DNA from: Paracoccaceae bacterium
Lineage (GTDB): Bacteria; Pseudomonadota; Alphaproteobacteria; Rhodobacterales; Rhodobacteraceae
Direction of reading: 5' to 3'
DNA length: 53,057 bases
Assembly: GCA_026713305.1 (NCBI GenBank)
Contig: JAPOOS010000315.1
Location: forward strand, 1 to 53,057
Positions within the stretch are counted from its first letter, which is position 1. Every line of letters starts with the position of its first letter. Positions 38,367-47,946 of the stretch are shown piece after piece. Both the position numbers and the translations under genes were made by a program. The notes beneath the pieces were generated by a model, which searched no databases, was not told the DNA's origin, and saw only the letters and a list, made by a program, of their open reading frames with translations.

Positions 38367-41300
38367 TCACCGCCTTATGTCATTCCAGTGGTCAATCGCA
38401 GCTTTGGCCAACTTCTCGATCTGTTCTGTTTCCGCAAATGGGACCTGGAGCACGAAGTAGTCCTGTCCGGGCGGGGTGCTTTCGTTGGCCAAGTCAACTG
38501 CGAGATGGCCGCGGCCCAAGAGCTTCTCGCCACCTCCACAGCCCAAGACCATCCTGGAACTCGTGCTGTTCTGAACTCTGAGGCAAAGCTTGTTGCCCAT
38601 GTTGTCCCGCAACCGGGATGGAACCGCTTCTGCGTCAGCTCGCTGCGTTATCAGCACCAGATGTATGCCGGCTGCGCGCGCCTTCATGCCCAAATTGGCG
38701 ACTGCCGACAAGACCACATCCTTGTACTTCTTCTCCTGCGCCATCCAAGATCCCAGTTCATCGTGAACGAGGAAGATGCGTGGTAGGCACTCGTCGCCAT
38801 CCAATGATTTGTTGTACTCATCGATGTTGGGCTTTTGACGCTTGGCAAGCAACCGGTAGCGCCGGTCCATTTCTTCCACCATTGCCTCGAACGCATTCTG
38901 CGCCGCTTCTATGTCCGAAATGATGTCGCCTTTCAGCTGCGGCGCACCCTTGATCCAACCATAGTCCACCCCCATTTTGGGGTCCACCAAGACAAGTTTA
39001 ACCTTGGCGGGATCGTTGAATGCGATAAGCTGAAGCAGCAAGCCCTGGGCAAGAACACCCTTGCCGCTTCCAGTTTGACCAGCGATCAATGTATGAGGTC
39101 CGTGCTCCTCCAACCCTGAAAACTTTCCGCCAAGATTCAGGTACAACAAGCCGTCCTTGTCTTCGCGTGCTCCGAGTATGAAGCTTGTCCATTCACCGGG
39201 TGAGGTGTCTGGCCAAGAGGCATTCAGCCACGTCGTGGCAAGCGAAACCTTTGCTCGCTGCTCGCGTTCAATGAACAAATAGACGGTTCCGATGCCAGGC
39301 CGAACATCAACGACCGATATTCCGTGAGTGGTCAAGAGTTCCCCGCGACGCCTCTCCACCTTGTCGACTGTCAGCGTGTCATGCCCCTTGAACGCAAGAA
39401 GGACGCCGTTGTGTGTGAGTCTGTATTTCTGGTCCGCAAAGCGAGCTTCCATTCCGTAGTTGCTCAGAGCGCGTTGCGTGCGGGTGCATATTTCCTCTGC
39501 CCATTGTCTTGATTTTTCGTCGTCGATGGAGCCTTTGTCGTCCTTTGCAATTTCCTCGAGCACGGTGAGCAGCGGCTTTGGTATAAACTTCGGACCTTCA
39601 ATGCCGTTTGGATCCACTTTGCCGTTGCCATTGGGTGGTAGGTCGGGTGGCAGTTCAATTGGATCTGTTATCGGAGCATTCCCCTCACCGACATGCCAGT
39701 CAATCTTGCGATACTCCACGGCAGGCATCGTAGACGGGTCGACCAATGCCGAAATGTACCTGCTGACCAACGAACTGGGCAATTCCGCACTTCCCAGGTA
39801 GGCTTTCGAGCTGTCGCCCTCCTGTTTGAGGCTGCGTCCATGCTCGTCATGCAGGCAAACAACCGCCTCGCCACAGATCTCAAAGTCGATGTCGCCAGTG
39901 TGAAGCCGTTCAAGGAGGTCGCCTCGCCTCTTCGCATCTCGCAGGTGGGCGGTCAACTTGCCCTGATGCGACAACAGTTCCGCAAGCCTCCTGCACCAGG
40001 CCACACGGGAAATTGGATCCCTGTTGTCGACAAGAACACTTTTGATATGCTCCACAGTGTCCTCAATCTGCTTCCGGGCATCGTTGCATTCAGCCACACG
40101 GCTGGCCGTCGAAACATACTTCGCTTCACCTATCGCGAGCAGCAGTCTGCAAGTCCCTCCGTTGCTGTCCGCGACAACTCCAATCGCATCGGCGATCCTG
40201 CCCGTTCCGGAGGTGAACCACGTTCGATAGTCATCAAGCGAAATCCAGATGGGATCCACATCTCGCCCAAGGCTTGCCGAAATCATGCCTGTCAGATGGG
40301 CACGCATAACGCTCAGGCCGATCATCTCCTGTGTGGAGTTCATGTGGCGGGCGGCCGACAGAATTCGCTGTCCCGAAATCCGGACAACATCCCGCCACAC
40401 TGCCTTCGCAAGTTGCTTGACCGAATCTTGATCGATGCCCTTGAGCTTTTGCAATTCGCTTCGGAAGCTTGATGTAAGCAGTTCACTGCTGTCGGATGAG
40501 ACCAACATGCGCCTGTCGTCGCCAGGTTGAGACTTCTCGCGAACAATCTGTACGTCACAGTGTTCGAGCAACTGCCGACTGGGAATCAAGTCGAAGGTAA
40601 CAACCCAACTTGCCAATCTGTGTGCGCGTCTAATGAGTTCTCCAGCCTTGGGATCATCAAAGTCAGCCCTGCGAATCAATGCGCTGCGACTCCCGTTCGC
40701 AATGTTCACCTCCTCGCACTGGACGTAGAGGAGATCCTGAAAGTCGGCTACCGGTCGAGGTGGCGTTGGAAGAGTCAGGTAGATCTCGGTGCAAACTGGG
40801 TTCAAGTCGGTTAGGCGCAGTCGCGGTCTGGCGGCGCCTTCAGGATCGAATGACTCAGCAATGGGCTGCGCGCCCTCGTCCTCCTGTATCCATTTTGGCT
40901 GGGCTCCTTTGCTGATGACATCAAGCAGAAGGATCAAGTCCAGCGACCTAACGTCATCGTCCGATACTTCGGTTGCGGATGCTGTCGGTCTTACGTCAAC
41001 CCGCAATCTGGAGAGAAAGCTCTTGGCCGTGTCGCTGATGTTTTCGCTTTCCAGAAGCAAGTTTTGTTCCTGGTAGATGGCTTGAAGCCGGTCGCGGTCT
41101 TGGTGGGAAATCACCAGATCGCATCGCATGGAATTGTCTTCACGAATGCGCTTTGCCATCAGGATCGAAAGCTCGCGGGGAAGAGTTAGGCTTTCCAGAT
41201 TGTAAATTGCCGTCGATAGGTTTGCCCTCTCGTGGGGATGGGTATCCAGGTAGTCGCCAATTGCGCCATTGAAATTCTCGGCCGCGGTCTTGGCGATTAC

Positions 41301-43733
41301 TTCCAGCGCCTCCTTGCTGCTGGCGGCGTTCCTGGCAGGAACCAGCAAACTGTATCCTCCCTCGCTCTCAATCGAGATCAAAAGTTCGCCGTCGACCACC
41401 GCAACTTCCGGGAATACCCAGCGTCCCAGCTGCTTGTTCCGCTGTTCGAACGCAATGGAAATGTCGGCATCCCTGTCGGAAGCCTGTTTCAGTACGCTTT
41501 CCACAAATCGCGCCAGGCTTCGAATCTTTGCCTTCCTCTCCGCCAGACGGAATGGGTGCCATGCGGCAACGACGGCCAATGTGGCCGAACCGTCGGAAGG
41601 CACAATTCCGATGTTTGCCGCCAATGGCCATAGTTCCTTGCCTGCCCTGCGCGAAGTCGCTTCGGTTCGGCAGTCACGGCACAGCTGCCCGAACGCCTGG
41701 GCCTGCTCATCAACCAGGCTACCTGAAAATCCTCTTCCGGGATCATCGTAAATTTCCCTTAGAGCGCGCCTGAAGCAGTCATCAAAGCGATCGACGGCCC
41801 TTCTGATCCGCTCAGCGCCGCCAGCGGTGATGTCACCCATCTCTTGGAGTTCGATCAGCTTCTTTCGCAGCGTTTGGGAAATATTCTCGTTGGGATGCAC
41901 GGCGCGGCCGAAAGTTCGCCCATCCTGAGATCCAAACACGTCACTGAACGTGTTGGTTTCTCCAAGGGTAAAGCGCACCAAACTGGATTCCACCGCTTCC
42001 GGCAACGGTGAAATCGCCTGCCAGCGGAACACGCCGGCGCTTTCGCTCTTGGATGCCTCTGCGAGGTCATGCATGTCTTCCGGGAATGCAAGGCTGATCG
42101 ACTTGAGCTTGGGCTTGAGGCCGGGCTGCCAGACCGCCACAATTCTTGGTGCGTCGCGAGGCGCTCTGCCATCAAGGGTTCGACACTCAAACTCGGATGC
42201 TTCAATGAGATACATCTCAAGTTCGACTCTGCGCCTGTATGCAACGGAGGAGGCGTTCGCGGCACGACTCTTGAGGCAGGCATCAATGTCCCACTTGACG
42301 CTTTTCCCGAACTGGTTGCGCAGAATCCTGTATTCGAACTGAAACAAGGCTTGCACACGCCTGTCCAGGTCCTCCCAGAACAACGCCTTGTTGTGTTGCG
42401 CCGCCCGAACAAGAACACATGGATCGGTCATGCCCGCAACGGAATCCGACGCCTCGACCAGCAGAGCCTCAAATCCCCTTTCAAACACAGTCAAGAGATC
42501 GTGCCCAAGGATTCCCTTGGAATACAGACGTTTGTGCCAATGCTTGAAAAGAGTTGCTCGGCTTGCAAGCGCCAGTCTGTCTCGCCACTTGTCGAAGAAT
42601 TCCAGTTCCTCGCGCTTTGGATGGCTAGGTCGGGAAACCGGGAGTGAATCCAGCAAGACCAACTCTTCAGGAGTTACTTCATCCCGATAGTTTCCTTCAA
42701 TGAACTCGCGTGTTCTTTCACCCAATTGCCCGTAGCCAGTCTTTCGGGACGAGGAAAAGATGTGCTTGCCCACAGACTCCCATGACACACGCTCACAGAA
42801 GTCAATCTGACTTTGGCGCCATTGCCCGTCCTCAAGATTGGGATCATCTTCAAGCAAACGCTCCACCGCGCTTTCAGCCTCCTCGGGCAACAGGCCAATT
42901 GTGTTGTTGCGCAGCCTATCCATGTTCGACCGCACCGACTCGATGTCAACTGGTTCCTGATTGGGCTTGAGCAGGCTGGCGTAACCGCTGATCTTGTCCC
43001 GCGCATGCTCGAACGCCCGTTGGAAATCCTTCGTCTCTTGGAGTCGTCCTAGCAACTGGAAGGACGGCAGCTTTTCGAATCCATCGACGGGTATCTTAAG
43101 TGCGGGCGCTGCCTTCTGCACTCGAAGGTAGACTGGCAGCGCGTACCCCTGCTCCTTGATTGCAAGCACGAAATTGATCCACGACTCAAGATCCTTGTAG
43201 ACTTGCGATTCTCTCAAGCCCTTCAACACTCTAAACAAATATTCCCTTGGCCGTTGCTCCTCCCCAAGCACCTTCACCCAATCGTCTGTTCGGCGGACAA
43301 TTGTGTCTTCGTCAATTCTTGTGAGCGGTCTCAATCCTGCGCCAATGTTTTCCGGCTCATCGGCCGAAGGTGCGAACACGATTACGTCGGCAGCAGCGCT
43401 GTGCCGCCAGTGAATGGCCGACTTGTCCGACTGAAGGTGGCGGTCAACGCCAAGGCCGGTCGCTGCATCGGGATGAAGCTTCAGAAGAATGCTGCGCCAC
43501 TTGATGCTGGCAAGCCTCTTCCTGGCGATGCCTTCCAAATATTTCGCCTCGAGTCCGGCAAGCATGAACGTAACACGTTCCCCCGGAATGGCGTCCAGCA
43601 CCTCGTCATAGACATGGTTCCACACAACTTCGCCAACCAGATCTCCCTTCAGGCGACAGTTGGAGCAAAGAGCATCCTGGACATCAGAACCGGATGGGTT
43701 GTCGCAGAACTTGCAGGAAAGAATTCTATTCAT
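38367..43733 (-). CDS. dptH: Giant (about 1,788 aa) DndH/DptH-like (SspH-position) restriction component with N-terminal Cys4 ribbon and C-terminal FtsK/SpoIIIE-type DNA-translocase ATPase
   Basis: N-terminus has CKFC-x12-CSNC. The C-terminal 244 aa carry Walker A AGQTGSGKG, VLVDPK, Walker B IFLVHDELG, HLVLITQRAD and SRMVLG...LLGRGH, in the order typical of FtsK/SpoIIIE. It is the last gene of the operon. Start is taken at ATG 43733 (MNRILSCKFC), an 8-nt overlap with the upstream stop. Size and position match DptH of DndFGH. Confidence 0.6.
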   Translation of the reverse strand: MNRILSCKFCDNPSGSDVQDALCSNCRLKGDLVGEVVWNHVYDEVLDAIPGERVTFMLAGLEAKYLEGIARKRLASIKWRSILLKLHPDAATGLGVDRHLQSDKSAIHWRHSAAADVIVFAPSADEPENIGAGLRPLTRIDEDTIVRRTDDWVKVLGEEQRPREYLFRVLKGLRESQVYKDLESWINFVLAIKEQGYALPVYLRVQKAAPALKIPVDGFEKLPSFQLLGRLQETKDFQRAFEHARDKISGYASLLKPNQEPVDIESVRSNMDRLRNNTIGLLPEEAESAVERLLEDDPNLEDGQWRQSQIDFCERVSWESVGKHIFSSSRKTGYGQLGERTREFIEGNYRDEVTPEELVLLDSLPVSRPSHPKREELEFFDKWRDRLALASRATLFKHWHKRLYSKGILGHDLLTVFERGFEALLVEASDSVAGMTDPCVLVRAAQHNKALFWEDLDRRVQALFQFEYRILRNQFGKSVKWDIDACLKSRAANASSVAYRRRVELEMYLIEASEFECRTLDGRAPRDAPRIVAVWQPGLKPKLKSISLAFPEDMHDLAEASKSESAGVFRWQAISPLPEAVESSLVRFTLGETNTFSDVFGSQDGRTFGRAVHPNENISQTLRKKLIELQEMGDITAGGAERIRRAVDRFDDCFRRALREIYDDPGRGFSGSLVDEQAQAFGQLCRDCRTEATSRRAGKELWPLAANIGIVPSDGSATLAVVAAWHPFRLAERKAKIRSLARFVESVLKQASDRDADISIAFEQRNKQLGRWVFPEVAVVDGELLISIESEGGYSLLVPARNAASSKEALEVIAKTAAENFNGAIGDYLDTHPHERANLSTAIYNLESLTLPRELSILMAKRIREDNSMRCDLVISHQDRDRLQAIYQEQNLLLESENISDTAKSFLSRLRVDVRPTASATEVSDDDVRSLDLILLLDVISKGAQPKWIQEDEGAQPIAESFDPEGAARPRLRLTDLNPVCTEIYLTLPTPPRPVADFQDLLYVQCEEVNIANGSRSALIRRADFDDPKAGELIRRAHRLASWVVTFDLIPSRQLLEHCDVQIVREKSQPGDDRRMLVSSDSSELLTSSFRSELQKLKGIDQDSVKQLAKAVWRDVVRISGQRILSAARHMNSTQEMIGLSVMRAHLTGMISASLGRDVDPIWISLDDYRTWFTSGTGRIADAIGVVADSNGGTCRLLLAIGEAKYVSTASRVAECNDARKQIEDTVEHIKSVLVDNRDPISRVAWCRRLAELLSHQGKLTAHLRDAKRRGDLLERLHTGDIDFEICGEAVVCLHDEHGRSLKQEGDSSKAYLGSAELPSSLVSRYISALVDPSTMPAVEYRKIDWHVGEGNAPITDPIELPPDLPPNGNGKVDPNGIEGPKFIPKPLLTVLEEIAKDDKGSIDDEKSRQWAEEICTRTQRALSNYGMEARFADQKYRLTHNGVLLAFKGHDTLTVDKVERRRGELLTTHGISVVDVRPGIGTVYLFIEREQRAKVSLATTWLNASWPDTSPGEWTSFILGAREDKDGLLYLNLGGKFSGLEEHGPHTLIAGQTGSGKGVLAQGLLLQLIAFNDPAKVKLVLVDPKMGVDYGWIKGAPQLKGDIISDIEAAQNAFEAMVEEMDRRYRLLAKRQKPNIDEYNKSLDGDECLPRIFLVHDELGSWMAQEKKYKDVVLSAVANLGMKARAAGIHLVLITQRADAEAVPSRLRDNMGNKLCLRVQNSTSSRMVLGCGGGEKLLGRGHLAVDLANESTPPGQDYFVLQVPFAETEQIEKLAKAAIDHWNDIRR

Positions 43734-45306
43734 GTTGGGCACTGGTGTATGGGTTTGAAATGAAGGCACAGTCGTCCGAAAGACGGCGTGTAAGCGAGAG
43801 TCTAGACATGCGTTCCTCAAGCGCCGCTAGGTTGGTTTCGAACCGCTTGATGTTGATTGGGAGCTGGTCGAACGCCTTGCGGGCTTCTGCAGGGCCAGCC
43901 ACAATTCCATACCGCTTATATAGCCTTGCCACGAAATCCCGCAGTTCCATTGGGTGGACTCCCACGGTCATAACCAACGCGATTATGCCTTTGTCACTCA
44001 TTGCAAGCCATGTGCCGATTCCTGGCTTTGCAAGCACCAGGCCGGCATTCCTAGTTAGCGGGAGGAGAAAATTGGACATGTTGTTCCTTTTTCTCTCGGT
44101 CGCGATCTTGATGAGAGTTTCCAGCTGCGATTCCGGCGACCTGAGCGAATCTTCGTTCTTGAAGGCAAAGAGCCTTTCGAGAGCAAGGTTTGCTGATTTC
44201 GGGTGGCCCAGTTCAACGGCCGTTTTCCATTCCGCGCTGTCATTGGCGCGCCGCTTGACGAACTTTCTGACTGCAATTTGGGCTTTCTTCCTTTGTCGAT
44301 TGAAAATTGCCTTGGAACAATTGCGGACAAGCATGTCGGAGCCGTTGGCAAAATCCATGACTAGCGGCATTCCGTGCGATTCGCCGATGTTGTTTCCCTT
44401 GATGTGATCTTGAGTTAGCTGAGCCAGAAACACGGTCAAATTCAATGCCGTGATGCGGACAAGCGGCTCAAACTTGTGACTCTTGGGAAGTCGTTCGAGC
44501 CTTAGAATCGCTCGCCAATCTTGAGCAAGCTGCTCATAGGTTCGATGACGAATGTATGGCAGATATCCCATTTGTGTCTTGGAGTCGCTGTCTTCGAAGG
44601 GGTCGCTCAACGCCTTGGCCATGCGGTTCAACGGGTCGTCCCTGTTTAGAAAGCATCCATGGACCAACTCCCTAAGTTCGTCGGCAAGCGGGGAACGGTT
44701 CAGCATGAGGTAAACCAGTTCTCCCCCGCGTCCGAAGAAACGGCGATCCATTGACCAATTGCCGCCCTGTGCCCGCACGTCGGCACAGATCATGTCCGGA
44801 CCAGTTACAGCCAAAAATCTTGATGTCCATCTGCGCTTGTTCAGAGCGTCGAGTTCGACTGCCTGAAGCGTCCTGACATACTGTCGAAGCTGGCGAAGAG
44901 AGTTTTCAAACGGCTGGTTCAAATAGCGAAAGTGATCCACGATTCCACCATTCGGAGGAGGTTGCATGTTGACGCTGTCCTCCCATTGGATATTGACTCG
45001 TTCCTTCCAAATCCTCCATTTGTCGACATCGCGGATTTCGCTGTCCATCCAGACTTTCTCAAGATTGCGATCCTGGAACAACAGGAACCGCAGTTTGCGA
45101 CGATGCGGAATCCTGTATTGAAAGGCTTCATGCTCCATTTCGCTTGGTCGCACGGTGCCAAGCGGTTTGTCCGCCATGACCGCAAGCGCCTCAAGAACAA
45201 TCATGTAGGGTTCCTGATCGTTCACGAAGCGGTGGCCATACATGACCTCCTGGACCCGCATCTGAGTGCGGCCGATTGCCATTTCGGGGACTGGCAATGC
45301 ATTCAC
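43726..45306 (-). CDS. dptG: DndG/DptG-like (SspG-position) protein, no enzymatic motif recognised
   Basis: About 526-532 aa ORF between the P-loop (F-like) and giant (H-like) genes. A GTG at 45306-45304 overlaps the upstream TGA (GTGA), and an alternative ATG lies at 45324. Assignment is by position and size only. Confidence 0.4.
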   Translation of the reverse strand: MNALPVPEMAIGRTQMRVQEVMYGHRFVNDQEPYMIVLEALAVMADKPLGTVRPSEMEHEAFQYRIPHRRKLRFLLFQDRNLEKVWMDSEIRDVDKWRIWKERVNIQWEDSVNMQPPPNGGIVDHFRYLNQPFENSLRQLRQYVRTLQAVELDALNKRRWTSRFLAVTGPDMICADVRAQGGNWSMDRRFFGRGGELVYLMLNRSPLADELRELVHGCFLNRDDPLNRMAKALSDPFEDSDSKTQMGYLPYIRHRTYEQLAQDWRAILRLERLPKSHKFEPLVRITALNLTVFLAQLTQDHIKGNNIGESHGMPLVMDFANGSDMLVRNCSKAIFNRQRKKAQIAVRKFVKRRANDSAEWKTAVELGHPKSANLALERLFAFKNEDSLRSPESQLETLIKIATERKRNNMSNFLLPLTRNAGLVLAKPGIGTWLAMSDKGIIALVMTVGVHPMELRDFVARLYKRYGIVAGPAEARKAFDQLPINIKRFETNLAALEERMSRLSLTRRLSDDCAFISNPYTSAQHE

Positions 45307-47078
45307 GATTCCTCCTCCTCGCATTCCACTAGTTCGATTGGGCGATCGGTCAGTTCCCCCTCATTCAGTTCTGCAATTCGAATTGACTGGACAGCCGCCG
45401 GAGGGAGTTTTGCGCGCAAGGCAGCGCTGGCTTGAAGTTGGAAACGTGTGATTGCCTGCAGACACTCCGATGAAAAGCTTGCCGGCAGCGCTCCCTCGGC
45501 AACCCGCAGGAGACATTCAACCATGGTCGGGTTCAAGCTCAGATCAACCGGACCTGGTTCAATCCTGAGAATGGGCGGCTTTCCCCCTGCCCCACCTGCA
45601 GCGAGCTTGAAGCTGGGAGGGAAGTGGCTGTCGAGCTTGGCGACGAGCAGCGGCAGACCCTGGCCGCGGAAGACGCCGGACGGTTCCGTAAGCCACAGGC
45701 GGTCATTCGTCTTTGTCAATTGTCCGGTCATCATCCGATTCAGCCCCCGCATGAGCGGTCTGCGGATTCTCGCAGGTAAACTTCGGTTGCGTTCCAGCGT
45801 GTCTGTCAGCTGAATGTATGTTGCACCGTGCCTGAAGCGTGTCAGATTCCAAGGTGAGGCAAAGGGGCGATTGGTGTCGACTTCAGGTTCAATCGAAAAG
45901 AACAGGCGGCGACGCTGGTCCACCATCTTGTCCCGAAAGCTTGGTCCGAACGTGCTTGTGTCTTCTCGGTATTGCTTGCGCGCGCCTCGAAAGAGCCTGT
46001 CGCCGAAAGTGGAGCATCGCGGCAATGTGGGGTCGTTTCGCAACAGGTTTTCGTCGAAGTGGTTGTTGGTTTCGGAACCAACGCCGAACTGTCCGAGCAC
46101 TTCGAACACCCAGTACTGCTGCCGCTGGGTCTGGCCAAGATTTGTGCCAAACACATTTGAGTAGGGATTGGAGCTCTCGAAGTCCTTGACCTTCGCGCGC
46201 CATTGGGCGGTGCTGCAATTCAGGAGCCTGCCACGATACTTGCGATCTCCAAGCAGAATGTTGACCATGAGCAGTATGATCTGTCTGATTGAAATGTGGC
46301 GGCCGTCCGCCGCAGCCATGCTGACCATGTCCTTGAGTCGGGCGCGCATCGTCGCTTCGCCCTTCATGGTCATGACATCCAGGTTGCGGAGTATGGGGCA
46401 TCGGTGTTCGTCCTGGGAATTGGCCGGGCAGCCAGCGCATTTCCGCCAATCCGGATGATCCTCGAATTCTTCGAGGATACGATCAACCACTTCGAGATGT
46501 GCTTGGTGGGACATGTTTATCAGCTGGAAGCCGCCTTTCGCATCCTCGCGGCAACCCGTCTGGAGAAGTTGGGAGATTCGAAGCCCCAGCCCCTCGTCCC
46601 TGTCCTGTCGGTCACGAAAGAACTTGAGCAGATGCCCGTCGTTCACGCAGATTAGATAGACATCGTTGGAACGTCCCAGAAGCGAGTCCCTGATGGCCTC
46701 AAAATGCTCGTCCTTGTCCCTTTCGTTGAATTCGCTCAAGTCCTTGATGAACCACAGCTTGCCGCCTGCATCTCCCGGCAGGTCAAGGGAATGCCGCTGG
46801 TCGGTGTTGCTCCACCCCTTGTCCTTGCTGCCCGACATTGCCTCCAGGAGCTTTCTGGCCGTGTAGGTCTTGCCGTCGCCTGCCGTGCCGGTAAGTATCA
46901 CGGAGACCGGTTTGGTCTCAAAAAGCGCCTTCAACTCTCCAATGAGCGGCTGGTGAATTTCCAGCTGTTGGCACCCGGTCCGACGGGCGGTATCAACCAC
47001 GAATTCGTCGTAGAGGCTGTTTGACGAAGCTTGCGGCCCGTACGAGGCCAGGAATTCAACGATTGGGTTCTTGATCAC
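45303..47078 (-). CDS. dptF: DndF/DptF-like (SspF-position) P-loop NTPase
   Basis: 591 aa with a GTG start. Walker A ILTGTAGDGKTYTARKL, Walker B-like VYLICVNDGHL, and cysteine cluster CAGCPANSQDEHRCPILRN. It is the first gene of the F-G-H-like trio. Confidence 0.5.
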   Translation of the reverse strand: MIKNPIVEFLASYGPQASSNSLYDEFVVDTARRTGCQQLEIHQPLIGELKALFETKPVSVILTGTAGDGKTYTARKLLEAMSGSKDKGWSNTDQRHSLDLPGDAGGKLWFIKDLSEFNERDKDEHFEAIRDSLLGRSNDVYLICVNDGHLLKFFRDRQDRDEGLGLRISQLLQTGCREDAKGGFQLINMSHQAHLEVVDRILEEFEDHPDWRKCAGCPANSQDEHRCPILRNLDVMTMKGEATMRARLKDMVSMAAADGRHISIRQIILLMVNILLGDRKYRGRLLNCSTAQWRAKVKDFESSNPYSNVFGTNLGQTQRQQYWVFEVLGQFGVGSETNNHFDENLLRNDPTLPRCSTFGDRLFRGARKQYREDTSTFGPSFRDKMVDQRRRLFFSIEPEVDTNRPFASPWNLTRFRHGATYIQLTDTLERNRSLPARIRRPLMRGLNRMMTGQLTKTNDRLWLTEPSGVFRGQGLPLLVAKLDSHFPPSFKLAAGGAGGKPPILRIEPGPVDLSLNPTMVECLLRVAEGALPASFSSECLQAITRFQLQASAALRAKLPPAAVQSIRIAELNEGELTDRPIELVECEEEES

Positions 47079-47088
47079 GGTTGTTGTC

Positions 47089-47946
47089 TCACAGATGGCA
47101 GATGGCGCAACCGCGAAGCGGCTCGCCTGATGTTCCAGGACGGCGTTCCTTGATCGCCTCGAGTTCCTCGAGCGTTCTCGTTTGTGTCCACGTAAACCGT
47201 CGGCCGTTCGGCTTGGGCTTTTCGTATTCCTTGGCGGCTTCGAAAAGTTCGGGATGACGTTCCTTCAAACCTTGCCATTCCCCGACCCGCTGGAAGAAGC
47301 AGAAGTAGCAGCCGGAGCGTGATCGCCATTCGTAGTAGGACGGCAGCCCCAGCCCGCTTGCCGTCAGGATGTCACGAACGTCGTCAAGCTCGAATCCCTT
47401 GTCCTTGAGCGGGTAGACCGGGAGGATGTTTTCGTTGTGCGAAATGACCACTGGCTTGGCGCCCTTGGCATCCGTGCCCGTCTTCTTGCTCGTGCTGCCA
47501 AGGAAGCCCTGGCGGTCCTCGTCGGCTCTGATCCCGATGTAGGAATAGGCCAGATCATCGCCCACGAAATGCTCGAACGGCTTGATCTTGAGCATGCGTG
47601 TGCACCATCTGGCCTGCGGGTTGGGCAGAAATCCCGAGTAGACCTCGTTCAGGATCACATCGAAGGGAGACCGGCGACCGTCCTTTGAGCGCACATTGAG
47701 TTCCGGAAGACCAAGCGCCGTGAGGCGCGTGACCTCAACGCCAAAAATTGCCTCAAATCGCTTGAGATAGGCATAGGTCTCCGGCAGCTCGGCGCCTGTG
47801 TCGGTGAATACGAACTCAAGCGGCAGGTCTCGATGGTTGTCGAGCATGTAAACGGCAAGCGCAGTGGAATCCTTGCCGCCGCTCAATGGTACGATGTGTC
47901 GCCTCGACTGGTCCTGAATCGCGTCTTGGAGTTTGGTGGGCGTCAT
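47089..47946 (-). CDS. sspD: PAPS-reductase-family PP-loop ATP pyrophosphatase, SspD/DndC-like
   Basis: PP-loop VPLSGGKDSTALAVYM, WCTRMLKIKP block, and C-terminal cysteines CYFCFF and GCAIC. ATG 47946 overlaps the upstream TGA (ATGA). Confidence 0.7.
   Translation of the reverse strand: MTPTKLQDAIQDQSRRHIVPLSGGKDSTALAVYMLDNHRDLPLEFVFTDTGAELPETYAYLKRFEAIFGVEVTRLTALGLPELNVRSKDGRRSPFDVILNEVYSGFLPNPQARWCTRMLKIKPFEHFVGDDLAYSYIGIRADEDRQGFLGSTSKKTGTDAKGAKPVVISHNENILPVYPLKDKGFELDDVRDILTASGLGLPSYYEWRSRSGCYFCFFQRVGEWQGLKERHPELFEAAKEYEKPKPNGRRFTWTQTRTLEELEAIKERRPGTSGEPLRGCAICHL

Noticed and set aside
37968-38786. 272-aa + strand ORF downstream of the consensus promoter
   Set aside because: It has no motifs and odd composition, and its last 420 nt are antisense to the well-supported FtsK/SpoIIIE module. 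The promoter is kept as an observation, but this ORF is not called as a gene.
43734-43820. Longest-ORF 5' extensions (e.g. giant gene from 43820, lipA from 28782, sufD from 21713, cupin from 23049, ABC exporter from 2174)
   Set aside because: These extensions overlap the preceding gene by 35-150 nt and are Arg/Pro-rich with no homology-like features. Internal starts give canonical protein lengths and tight start/stop coupling.
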